From Phycisphaerales bacterium (GTDB lineage Bacteria > Planctomycetota > Phycisphaerae > Phycisphaerales > SM1A02), in assembly GCA_044358545.1 (NCBI GenBank), contig JBIKNS010000001.1:1-50105 (forward strand): DNA of 50,105 nucleotides. The letters are read 5' to 3'. Of the stretch, positions 9,428-18,003 are shown one piece after another. Both the position numbers and the translations under genes were made by a program. The notes beneath the pieces were generated by a model. That model saw nothing but the letters and a program-made list of their open reading frames with translations. It was not told the DNA's origin and searched no databases. Positions within the stretch are counted from its first letter, which is position 1. Each line of letters opens with the position of its first letter.

Positions 9428-10238
9428 AGTCCACCGACAGGTCGAGCTGGCTTGTGCAGCCGGCATCCACCCGACTGCACGAATCGTGCAGGTATGCCAA
9501 GTACTTCAGCTTCTGGGCCGCAGGCACCTCCGCCGCAGCCTCCTCGCCAGGGGCGCGCCCCCACACAATCCTGCATCCGGTGTCTGTCAGCAGGTCCATC
9601 ACATGGCGTTCCTTGAACGACGAGACATCGATGCCGGTGATCTGACCTCGCCACCGCTGCGACTCCACAAGCCGCGCGAGGCCGATGCCTGCGGCGATGT
9701 CGGCGCCCATCCACTGCTGACCTGGCCGTGCGGGTCGGGCGACGCTCGCGCCCATGATGCGGGGGAACCCGGGACCAGTGCCCGTCAGGTAGGAGCGGGG
9801 AAGGAGCTTGCCGTCGACGTCGATGAGGTGCTCGCCCGCGGTGTCCACCACGAGCGCGAAGGGAACCGCGAATGTGCCATCGATGGTGATGTCCCCGGAA
9901 CCAGTGCGGCGCACCTGTGTCACGTCGGTGAACCAGCCTGTCTCTAGGAGCGCGGCACGCGCCTGCGAGCAGCCAACCTGGTCATAGGCGCCGCGCCCCG
10001 CCTCGCGCAGGACGAGCTCCTGGAGCGGCGCGAGGTCGGCGGCTGTCATCCAGCGCGGCGCATCGGAAAAGACCACCTCGATCCGCCCGTCTCGGATGGC
10101 TGCGGCCGCACTGTGCCGCAGTTGGGGCACCCACCAGCCGAACGCCCACACGGTGACGCCTGCCGCACACAGCCATCCGGCGCATAGCCCGGCGACACGA
10201 ATGTTCCTGGGAGCCTCAGCAATCGATGGCCACTTCAT
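9411..10238 (-). CDS. ftsQ: FtsQ/DivIB-like bitopic cell-division protein
   Basis: 275 aa. A single N-terminal TM (VAGLCAGWLCAAGVTVWAFGWW) is followed by a POTRA-like/FtsQ-type periplasmic domain. It occupies the canonical position directly after ddl, with an ATGA start/stop overlap. The call rests on topology and synteny more than on sequence motifs. Confidence 0.6.
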   Translation of the reverse strand: MKWPSIAEAPRNIRVAGLCAGWLCAAGVTVWAFGWWVPQLRHSAAAAIRDGRIEVVFSDAPRWMTAADLAPLQELVLREAGRGAYDQVGCSQARAALLETGWFTDVTQVRRTGSGDITIDGTFAVPFALVVDTAGEHLIDVDGKLLPRSYLTGTGPGFPRIMGASVARPARPGQQWMGADIAAGIGLARLVESQRWRGQITGIDVSSFKERHVMDLLTDTGCRIVWGRAPGEEAAAEVPAAQKLKYLAYLHDSCSRVDAGCTSQLDLSVDYVGAR

Positions 10239-11239
10239 GATGGGGAGTCCTCATGCGGGGTCGCCTCGGCAGCCGACGTGTCGGCGGCTGTCGCCACTGC
10301 CATCGAGGTCCGCTGCTGGCGCATCCGATTGCGGCGGCCGAGCGCCCGCATGGCGAGCCGCGCGCAGAGGTCAGGGAAGGCGATCCCGGCGTGCTGCGCA
10401 GCCTTCGGCACCAAGGAATGATCCGTCATGCCTGGCATCGCGTTGATCTCGAGAAACCACGCGCCATCCCCGTTGAGGATGAAGTCGACGCGGGCCACGT
10501 CGCGGCAGCCGATGCGCTCATACGCAAGGCGCGCCGCATGATTCATCTCGTCGGCCGCGCCCGGCGGAAGCTCAGGATCGACGATGTACTGCGTGTCGTT
10601 GCGCTCGTATTTCGCCTCGTAGTCGTAGAAGCGGACGGCAGGAACGATCTCAATGATGGGCAGCGTCTCGCGCTCGAGGATGCCGATGGTCATCTCGCGA
10701 CCGGTGATCAGCGACTCGGCCATGAGGCGCGGATGCTGTCCCTCAAGGTCGGTCCTCGCCTTCTCGACGTCCTCGGGCGTCACGCAGTGGCGCACGCCCA
10801 CGCTTGAACCGTCCTCGATTGGCTTGATCACGAAGGGCAAGGGAAGGTCAATCGGCTGCCCTTGGCGAACTTCGCGCGCCGGAGGCGTGCGCACTCCCGC
10901 CGCGCGCACAAAGAGCTTCGAGGCCATCTTGTCCATCGAAATCCGGGACGCGCGCGGGCGGCTGCCCACATACGGCCGACCATCGGCCTCAAGCACATCC
11001 TGCAGCGGGCCTCCCTCGCCCCACGGGCCGTGGAGCACGGGGAAGATCACCTCCGCTGGAATGGCGGCGAGCTCCTCGGTGGTGAGCCCATCAATAATGC
11101 GCTCCTCGACGGAAAACGACCCTGACTCGCGCAGCGCCGCGGCCACGCGGGATCCGGACCTGATGCTGATCTCTCGCTCCGCATCAGGGCCGCCCATCAG
11201 GACCAGCACGCGCGGCAGGGATTCGACAGTCTCGCTCAT
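10235..11239 (-). CDS. ddl: D-alanine--D-alanine ligase
   Basis: Track ORF 10235..11263, with the start set to the ATG at 11239 (MSETVESLPRVLVLMGGPDAEREISIRSG). That ATG forms an ATGA overlap with the murB stop. The ATP-grasp C-terminus reads FLEINAMPGMTDHSLVPKAA. Confidence 0.9.
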   Translation of the reverse strand: MSETVESLPRVLVLMGGPDAEREISIRSGSRVAAALRESGSFSVEERIIDGLTTEELAAIPAEVIFPVLHGPWGEGGPLQDVLEADGRPYVGSRPRASRISMDKMASKLFVRAAGVRTPPAREVRQGQPIDLPLPFVIKPIEDGSSVGVRHCVTPEDVEKARTDLEGQHPRLMAESLITGREMTIGILERETLPIIEIVPAVRFYDYEAKYERNDTQYIVDPELPPGAADEMNHAARLAYERIGCRDVARVDFILNGDGAWFLEINAMPGMTDHSLVPKAAQHAGIAFPDLCARLAMRALGRRNRMRQQRTSMAVATAADTSAAEATPHEDSPS

Positions 11240-12192
11240 GACATCTCCTCGTCTCGTGACCATACCACCACCTCTCGCTCGAGCCGAATCCCGCAGCGGT
11301 CATGGACTCGCGTGCGGATGCGCTCGACGAGCCGCAGCACGTCCGATGCGGTCGCCTGGGGCTTGACGCCAATGAAGTTCCCGTGCCTCTCGCTGACGAA
11401 TGCGCCACCCTCGGTGGCGCCCTTGAGGCCAGCCTCGTCGATGAGCTTGCCTGCGCTCACGCGCTCGTGCGTCCCGGGGTCGGTGGGATTGCGGAACATG
11501 CACCCCGCCGAGTGGTCTGCCATCGGCTGAGTGCGGCTCTTGTAGGCGAAGACCTCGAGCAGCTGGTCCCGGATGGTCGCAGGGTCGCCCGGCCGAAGCG
11601 AAAGCGCAGCCCAGATGACGATTGAGTCTGGGGGCAGGAGCGATCGGCGGTACGCGAATCCGAGCTCAGACGCCGGGTACACCGAAAGGTCACCGTGCCG
11701 GGACATTGCGCACACCGAGTGCACGACCTGGGCCATGTCGCCGTATGCGCCGCCTGCGTTCATGCGCACCGCACCGCCGACAGACGCAGGAATGCCTCCG
11801 AGGTGCCAGAGGCCGTCAAGCCCGCGCTGCGCGCTGTCGCGCACAAGCCGCATCAGGTCGGCCCCAGCGTGGGCGCGCACCGCCTCGACCGGCCCATGCG
11901 CGTTGAAGTCCACGCCCATGAAGCAGGGGGCATCGAGCTTGACGACAACCCCATCGACGCCCTCGTCGGCGACGAGGAGGTTCGCGCCTGACCCGAGCGT
12001 GCGCAGCCGCACGTTCGACTGCGCGCAGCGCCGCGCAAGCGTCGCGAGCGCCTCGACGCTCTGGGGCCGGACCAGAAAGTCCGCGCGCCCGCCCACGCCG
12101 AACCACGTCATCGCCCCAATGTGGGCATCGGTCTCCACCGACACGTCAAGGTCGGCAAACAGGGTGTGTCGGCTCCCGCTCATGAGGCTCAT
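11236..12192 (-). CDS. murB: UDP-N-acetylenolpyruvoylglucosamine reductase
   Basis: 318 aa. FAD-binding domain motifs are present (GGRADFLVRP, LGSGANLLV). The C-terminal MurB motif reads SAGCMFRNP. Confidence 0.9.
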   Translation of the reverse strand: MSLMSGSRHTLFADLDVSVETDAHIGAMTWFGVGGRADFLVRPQSVEALATLARRCAQSNVRLRTLGSGANLLVADEGVDGVVVKLDAPCFMGVDFNAHGPVEAVRAHAGADLMRLVRDSAQRGLDGLWHLGGIPASVGGAVRMNAGGAYGDMAQVVHSVCAMSRHGDLSVYPASELGFAYRRSLLPPDSIVIWAALSLRPGDPATIRDQLLEVFAYKSRTQPMADHSAGCMFRNPTDPGTHERVSAGKLIDEAGLKGATEGGAFVSERHGNFIGVKPQATASDVLRLVERIRTRVHDRCGIRLEREVVVWSRDEEMS

Positions 12193-12226
12193 CGGATCGT
12201 AGGTCTCCCCTCAGGTCATCTCGGCA

Positions 12227-13762
12227 TCAGCCAGGGTCGCGCGCGGCCGCGCTTGGCGGCACGCCTCCCGCCACTGCGGCACTGGGCCCGATGGAGCGTC
12301 CGCGCGCCACGAGCTCGTGCGCGATCTCCCACACGGGCCCGGCGCCCATGACCAGCACGAGGTCGCCGTCCTGGCACGTGCCCTCGAGCCGCTCGACGAT
12401 CGCATCGAACGACGCCATGTGCGTCGCATCGATGCCGCGCCGGCGCAGGCGCTCCACGAGATCTGTCGAGGAGACCTTGGCGCGTTCGGTCTCGCTGTCG
12501 CGCACGAAGTAGATGTCAGGCACGATCACGACATCCGCCCCCGTGAAGCTCTGCGCGAACTGCTCGAGCAGGAAGCGGGTGCGGCTGTGCTGGTGCGGCT
12601 GGAAGACACAGACGAGTCGACGTGGCTGCTCCGCGTGACGGAGGGCGGCGATTGTCTTCTCGCACTCGGTGGGATGATGGCCGTAGTCATCGACCACGCG
12701 CACGCGTGCGCCGGTCGGCAGCGTGCGCTCGCCGATGAGCTGCATGCGGCGGTCCACGCCCGCGAATGAGGCGAGCGCACCCTCGATGGCGCTGCGCGTG
12801 GCACCGAGCCATGCGGCCAGGATCCCGGCGGCTGCGGAGTTGAGCGCGTTGTGCTCCCCGGCCTGGGCGCATCGCCACACGAGGATCTCCTCGCCGTCAT
12901 GCGACACGCTGGTGATTCGGGTGACGGGATCGTGCTGCACCCGGTAGTCGGCGCTGGGAGCCCAACCGAAGGTGGACACTGCACAGCGAAGCCCGCTTGC
13001 CACGGCGCGGCGGTGCGCACCGTCGTGCGCGACCAGCAGTCGCCCGCCGAGGGACGCATCGGGCAGCAGTGCGGCGAAATGCCGGAACGCCGCGATGATC
13101 TCATCGAGCGATGCGTAGACGTCGAGGTGATCCTCCTCGATGTTGTTGATGAGCGCGAGCGTGGGCTGATGGTGGTGGAAGGACCGGTTGAACTCGCATG
13201 CCTCGGCGATCAGGATGCCTGGCGCGCCAGCCATCGAGCCGCGGGGGATCTGCAGCGCACCGCTTCGCGATCCGCCTCCGATCTGTTCGCAGCGGGCCCC
13301 CACGATGAAGGAGGGATCCAGGCCCGCCTGGATGCAGATGTGCGCAAGGAGCGCGGTCGTGGTGCTCTTGCCGTGCGTGCCTGCGATGCTGACACCTGTG
13401 CGTCCGCCCATGGCGAGGCCGAGCGCCTGCGCGTAGGAGATGCACTCGATGCCCGACTGGGTCGCAAGGGTTCGTTCAGGGTGGGACGCAGGGATGGCCG
13501 CGGAGTGCACGAGCAGGTCGGTGCCGTCGGGCAGCGCGCGCATCGCCTCGCCGGTGTGCACGGGTATGCCCGCGGCGGCGAGCGCGTCAGTGGTGGCGCT
13601 TGACGTGGCATCGCTGCCGGTGACCGTGCAGCCTCGCGAGCGGATCATGAGCGCAAGCCCGCTCATGCCGCATCCGCCAATGCCGGTGAAGTGGATCAAG
13701 CGGCCGGAGAGTGCATCCATGGGATGACCGCCGCTGCCTGACGCGTCCATGCGTGCATGCAT
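12227..13762 (-). CDS. murC: UDP-N-acetylmuramate--L-alanine ligase
   Basis: Track ORF 12227..13834. It contains GIGGCGMSGLALMIRSRG, a P-loop (GTHGKSTTTALLAHI) and Mur ligase middle and C-terminal domains. The start is ambiguous, with ATGs at 13762, 13750 and 13720. The track start at 13834 would overlap the divergent gene beginning at 13825. Confidence 0.85.
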   Translation of the reverse strand: MHARMDASGSGGHPMDALSGRLIHFTGIGGCGMSGLALMIRSRGCTVTGSDATSSATTDALAAAGIPVHTGEAMRALPDGTDLLVHSAAIPASHPERTLATQSGIECISYAQALGLAMGGRTGVSIAGTHGKSTTTALLAHICIQAGLDPSFIVGARCEQIGGGSRSGALQIPRGSMAGAPGILIAEACEFNRSFHHHQPTLALINNIEEDHLDVYASLDEIIAAFRHFAALLPDASLGGRLLVAHDGAHRRAVASGLRCAVSTFGWAPSADYRVQHDPVTRITSVSHDGEEILVWRCAQAGEHNALNSAAAGILAAWLGATRSAIEGALASFAGVDRRMQLIGERTLPTGARVRVVDDYGHHPTECEKTIAALRHAEQPRRLVCVFQPHQHSRTRFLLEQFAQSFTGADVVIVPDIYFVRDSETERAKVSSTDLVERLRRRGIDATHMASFDAIVERLEGTCQDGDLVLVMGAGPVWEIAHELVARGRSIGPSAAVAGGVPPSAAARDPG

Positions 13763-13824
13763 ACGGCAATGGTATCGGCGAATGTCCGTGACCTCCTTTC
13801 GATTCCTGCTCTTACAATCGGCGC

Positions 13825-15201
13825 ATGCCAGCATCCGCAGAGGAGGCGATTCGGGCGCAGGTGCTCATCGTGGACGATGAGCCCGAGCATGCCGAGACCA
13901 TGGCAGATGCGCTGCGGAAGCCGGGGCATGTGTGCACGATCGTCAACGGCAAGGCCCAGGCGCAGGCCGAGCTGTCCCACGGATCATTCGACGTCATTGT
14001 CACCGATCTTGTGATGGAGACCCCGCGATCGGGGATGGAGGTGCTGGCCTTGGCGAGGGAGCACCAGCCTGAGGCCGCCGTGATCATGGTGACCGCCCAC
14101 GGCGACATTCCCACCGCGAAGGAGGCGCTCCGCGGCGGCGCGTACGACTTCATCGTCAAGCCGCTTGACCTCGTGGTCTTCCGGAACCTCGTCCAGCGGG
14201 CGGCCGAGACGGTGGTGCTTCGGCACCAGAACGCCAGCCTGCGCGGTCAGGTCGAGGCGGCCTACGGGTTCGAGGGCATCATCGGCGACTCCCAGGCGAT
14301 CCGGCAGGTGATCGAAGCGATCCGGCGCGTGGCACCGAGCCAGATCCCGGTGCTCATCACGGGAGAGTCAGGCACCGGCAAGGACCTTGTGGCACAGGCG
14401 ATCCACCGGCACTCAAAGCGAACCGAACGCCGCTTCGTGCCCTTCAATGCGGCGGGCCAGGCGGAGAGCCTGCTTGAGGACCAGCTCTTCGGCCATATGC
14501 GCGGGGCCTTCACCGGGGCAGACCGCGATCGAGAGGGCATCTTCGAGTACGCCGACCGGGGCACCGTGTTCCTCGACGAGATCGGCGACATGCCGCTGTC
14601 GATGCAGCCCAAGCTTCTGCGCGTGCTCGAGAAGGGGGAAGTGGTTCGCCTGGGGTCCAACGAGCCTCGGCGCGCCGACGTCCGATTCGTGAGCGCGACC
14701 AACCGTGACCTGCGCGAGATGATCAAGGCGGGCACCTTCCGCGAGGATCTCTTCTACAGGCTGCGCGGCGTCGAGATCGCGCTGCCGGCGCTGCGCGAGC
14801 GGCGCGAGGACATCCCGATGCTGGTGCGCCACGCCGTCGGGAAGTTCGCGAAGGAGCTTGGCCGTCCGATGCCAAGCGTGTCCGAGCCGGCCATGATGCG
14901 CCTGCTCGGCTACCGCTGGCCCGGGAATGTGCGCGAGCTGATCAACGTGATCCACCAGATGGTCGTCACCTGCGGCGACGAGATCGCGCTGCGCGACATC
15001 CCCGCCGAGATCCGCGCCGACGATGGCGACGACGCCGGCTCCATCGGAAGCCTCGCCGGCGTCGGTCTTGACCGCCTCGAGAAGGAGGCGATCCGCCAGA
15101 CGCTGGCGATGACGGAGGGCAACCGCGAGAAGACCGCCCAGTTGCTGGGGATTGGCGAGCGCACCCTCTACCGCAAGCTCAAGGACTACGGCTTGCGCTG
15201 A
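13825..15201 (+). CDS. Sigma-54-dependent response regulator (REC + AAA+ + Fis-type HTH; NtrC family)
   Basis: 458 aa. The receiver has an acidic pocket (LIVDDEPE ... VIVTDLVM). Walker A is GESGTGKD and Walker B is VFLDEIGDM, and the GAFTGA loop is intact. The C-terminal HTH reads REKTAQLLGIGERTLYRKLKDYGL. No histidine kinase is adjacent. Confidence 0.9.
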   Translation: MPASAEEAIRAQVLIVDDEPEHAETMADALRKPGHVCTIVNGKAQAQAELSHGSFDVIVTDLVMETPRSGMEVLALAREHQPEAAVIMVTAHGDIPTAKEALRGGAYDFIVKPLDLVVFRNLVQRAAETVVLRHQNASLRGQVEAAYGFEGIIGDSQAIRQVIEAIRRVAPSQIPVLITGESGTGKDLVAQAIHRHSKRTERRFVPFNAAGQAESLLEDQLFGHMRGAFTGADRDREGIFEYADRGTVFLDEIGDMPLSMQPKLLRVLEKGEVVRLGSNEPRRADVRFVSATNRDLREMIKAGTFREDLFYRLRGVEIALPALRERREDIPMLVRHAVGKFAKELGRPMPSVSEPAMMRLLGYRWPGNVRELINVIHQMVVTCGDEIALRDIPAEIRADDGDDAGSIGSLAGVGLDRLEKEAIRQTLAMTEGNREKTAQLLGIGERTLYRKLKDYGLR

Positions 15202-15222
15202 GCGCACTGGCACGGACCTGCC

Positions 15223-16878
15223 ATGCCCTGGATCCTCCATCGCCACATGCTCGCGGAGGTCACGCGCGTTGTCGTGCTGACGACTGTGGTCGTGGTGATG
15301 GTGGTGGCCTTCGGCGCGGTCATCAAGCCCATGAGCTCGAACCTGCTGGGCCCTGGAGGCATCGCCAAGTATGTGGCGATTGCCACCGTGCCCATGCTTC
15401 AGTTCGCGCTTCCCTTCGCTGCGGGCTTTGGCGCCACCCTTGTCACGCACCGCTTTGCGGCGGAGAACGAGCTGCTCGCGATGAGTGCGAGCGGCATGCG
15501 CTGGAGCACCATTCTGCTGCCGCAGGCGGTGCTGGGGACGCTGCTTGGCGGGGTGATGTTCGTGCTGGTGCAGTCAGCGGTCCCGAGATTCTGGGGATTC
15601 GCGGAGCAGGTCGTGGCAGACGATGCAGCGCAGGTCTTCGTGGCCACGATCCGCCGGGGCGATGCCTTCCAGGCCGGCAACATGCTGATCTGCGCGGACT
15701 CCATCGCCATGGTCGAGCCGCCTTCAAGCTCCGAGGCCGAGCAGCGCATCGTCATGGAGGGTGTGGTGGCCGTCGAGACGGATCCTGCGTCAAAGGCAGT
15801 CACGGAGTTCGTCGCACGCGGCGCCACCGTTGACCTCTACGGTCGTGGCGGCGACCTGCTGATCAAGATCGCGATGAGCGACGCGACGGTGATCAGGCCT
15901 CAGGAGGGCACGGTGATCCGGCTTCCGACTGCAGAGCCGGGTGTCATGAGCATGGACCGGAGCTGGGAGCGCAGTCCCAAGTACCTGCCGTACATGGAGC
16001 TGCAGGCGGTCATCGAGAACCCGGAGCTCGGTCCGAGACCGCGCGACATGCGCGGCCGCATCGTTGACGCGCTCGGGCTCGCGCGCATCTACCGGTCTGT
16101 CGAGCGCGAGCTGGCGGAGGGTCGCCCCGGACGTGTCGATCACCCGGAGAGCGGCCGCAGCTACGAGATCGCCGATGCGCGCATCACGCCTTCGGGGATC
16201 ATGCCGGCGCCGCCTGCGCGCAAGGTCACGGTGCGCGAGTTCACGCAAGGGCGGCTGACGCGCGAGGCAGCCACGTCCCAGGTCACATTTGTGGCGACGG
16301 AAGGCGCGGGCAGCCAAGGCAGGTTCGACATGGTGCTGGTCGCGCCCGAGGCCCGGGCGGTACTTGATGGGCAGGGGCGACCCACCCGGTGGCCCGCACG
16401 CATCGTCGGCGTGCTGGCCCCCGGACTCACCGACGCGGGTGGCTCCGCGCGCGCGTCCGCAGCTGAGGCCGCGCCTGCGCTTCGTGCGGAGATAGAAGAG
16501 CTCTCGGCGAGCACGAGCGTGCCTTGGGCGGCATCGATGCGAGAGGTGAACGCGCTCCGTGCGCGCTGGGAGCACGAGTCGCGGCGCATTGTGGTCGAGG
16601 CGCGTTCGCACGAGTGGATGCGCATCGCGCAGAGCGTGGCCGTGCCGCTGGTCGTGATGCTCGGCACCGTGCTTGCGGTGCTGTTCCGCTCGAGCCTTCC
16701 GCTGACCGTGTACTTCCTCTCGTTCCTTCCCGCGCTCGCCGAGATCATCCTGGTGGCCAGCGGCCAGTCCATCTACCGCAACGGGTCCACGGCCATGGGC
16801 CTTGCGGTGATGTGGTCTGGGCACGGTGTGCTCGCGGTGCTGCTCGCGGTCTCGTGGTACCGGGTGGCGAGGCACTAG
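15223..16878 (+). CDS. LptF/LptG-family (YjgP/YjgQ) permease with an enlarged periplasmic domain
   Basis: 551 aa. The N-terminus (ILHRHMLAEVTRVVVLTTVVVVMVVAFGAVI) and the segment ...AENELLAMSASGMRWSTILLPQAVLGTLLGGVMFVL match the family pattern. Three C-terminal TM helices are present. The soluble region between the TM blocks is about 340 aa. Confidence 0.7.
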   Translation: MPWILHRHMLAEVTRVVVLTTVVVVMVVAFGAVIKPMSSNLLGPGGIAKYVAIATVPMLQFALPFAAGFGATLVTHRFAAENELLAMSASGMRWSTILLPQAVLGTLLGGVMFVLVQSAVPRFWGFAEQVVADDAAQVFVATIRRGDAFQAGNMLICADSIAMVEPPSSSEAEQRIVMEGVVAVETDPASKAVTEFVARGATVDLYGRGGDLLIKIAMSDATVIRPQEGTVIRLPTAEPGVMSMDRSWERSPKYLPYMELQAVIENPELGPRPRDMRGRIVDALGLARIYRSVERELAEGRPGRVDHPESGRSYEIADARITPSGIMPAPPARKVTVREFTQGRLTREAATSQVTFVATEGAGSQGRFDMVLVAPEARAVLDGQGRPTRWPARIVGVLAPGLTDAGGSARASAAEAAPALRAEIEELSASTSVPWAASMREVNALRARWEHESRRIVVEARSHEWMRIAQSVAVPLVVMLGTVLAVLFRSSLPLTVYFLSFLPALAEIILVASGQSIYRNGSTAMGLAVMWSGHGVLAVLLAVSWYRVARH

Positions 16879-16880
16879 TG

Positions 16881-17999
16881 ATGGGCATCCTTGACCGCCA
16901 CATCCTCGCGCGTTTCCTCTGGAACTTTGCGCTCCTCTTTGCGGCGCTCTACCTCTTCGCGGTCTCCGTGGACGTGATCATCAACCTGCCGCGCTTCGGG
17001 GAAGCCGCCCAGAAGGTCGCACCGGACGGGAAGTCAACGGTGATGGGCATCGTGCGCGCGATCTTGGCGTTTCACGGACCGCGCGTCTTCCAGTTCTACC
17101 AGTACATGATGGGCCTCGTGGCGATCGGCGCGGCGGGCTTCACCTGCGTGGGTCTTGTGCGCTCGCGCGAGTTCGTGGCGATGATGGCAGTGGGGCGGTC
17201 GCTCCCGCGTGCGACGCTCCCGATCGTCGCTGGCGCCGCGGCGCTGTGTGCGGTGCAGGTGGCGAACCAGGAGCTCATCATCCCACGGCTTGCGGACCGG
17301 CTCATGGTCGACAGCCACACGTGGGCTGGCGTGGATCGGATCCCCGGATGGCCCGTTCGGATGGTCGCCGACCCCAGCGGCATCAGGCTGAGCGCGCGCA
17401 ACTACGACCCCTCCACGCAGACGCTCACTGGCGTGTACGCGATCGAGCGACAGCAGGATGGGTCGATCGGCCGCCGCTTCGAGGCGGCCACTGCGACCTG
17501 GGACCGTTCGCGCGAACTGTGGCTTATGGAGTCGGGCATGGTGCAGTCACCTGGCACGGTCGAAGTCGGCGCTGGCGGCCGACCCGTCGCCGCCAGTCCG
17601 GCGACCGAGCTGCCCGTTCGAATCAGCCCGGATGCCCTGGTGATGAGGCAGAATGCGCTGTATGCGCACATGCTCGCATCCGATGACCTTGCGCGCCTGC
17701 GCGAGAATGGCGTCATCGATGTCGACTCGGCCCGTCGCACCGAGCTCTCAAGGTTCGCCGGTCCCGCGATCTCCCTGCTGATGGTGATGATCGCAGTGCC
17801 ATTCTTCGCGCTTCGCGAGCCGCACGGGCTCTTCCGGGGCGCGGTCCTCTGTGCGGCCACCACCACGCCCGCCATGATGGTGGCGCTGCTGATGATGGCG
17901 ATGAGCCTGCCAGGGATTCCGCCCGCGATCGGCGTGGCGCTTCCGGTCGCGTTGCTTCTTCCTGCCGCAGTCTGGCGACAGGTGTCGATGCCGACCTGA
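16881..17999 (+). CDS. LptF/LptG-family (YjgP/YjgQ) permease
   Basis: Track ORF 16524..17999, trimmed to the ATG at 16881, which is 2 nt after the upstream stop. The product starts MGILDRHILARFLWNFALLFAALYLFAVSVDVI, the typical family N-terminus. 372 aa. It is paired with the preceding paralogue, as in lptFG operons. Confidence 0.7.
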   Translation: MGILDRHILARFLWNFALLFAALYLFAVSVDVIINLPRFGEAAQKVAPDGKSTVMGIVRAILAFHGPRVFQFYQYMMGLVAIGAAGFTCVGLVRSREFVAMMAVGRSLPRATLPIVAGAAALCAVQVANQELIIPRLADRLMVDSHTWAGVDRIPGWPVRMVADPSGIRLSARNYDPSTQTLTGVYAIERQQDGSIGRRFEAATATWDRSRELWLMESGMVQSPGTVEVGAGGRPVAASPATELPVRISPDALVMRQNALYAHMLASDDLARLRENGVIDVDSARRTELSRFAGPAISLLMVMIAVPFFALREPHGLFRGAVLCAATTTPAMMVALLMMAMSLPGIPPAIGVALPVALLLPAAVWRQVSMPT

Positions 18000-18003
18000 G
18001 CTG

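Noticed and set aside
15208-15222. TGGCAC...TGC sequence just upstream of the lptF-like start, considered as a sigma-54 promoter next to the bEBP gene.
   Set aside because: The GG-to-GC spacing is 9 nt, not the required 10. The predicted TSS would also fall inside the coding sequence, since the ATG is at 15223.
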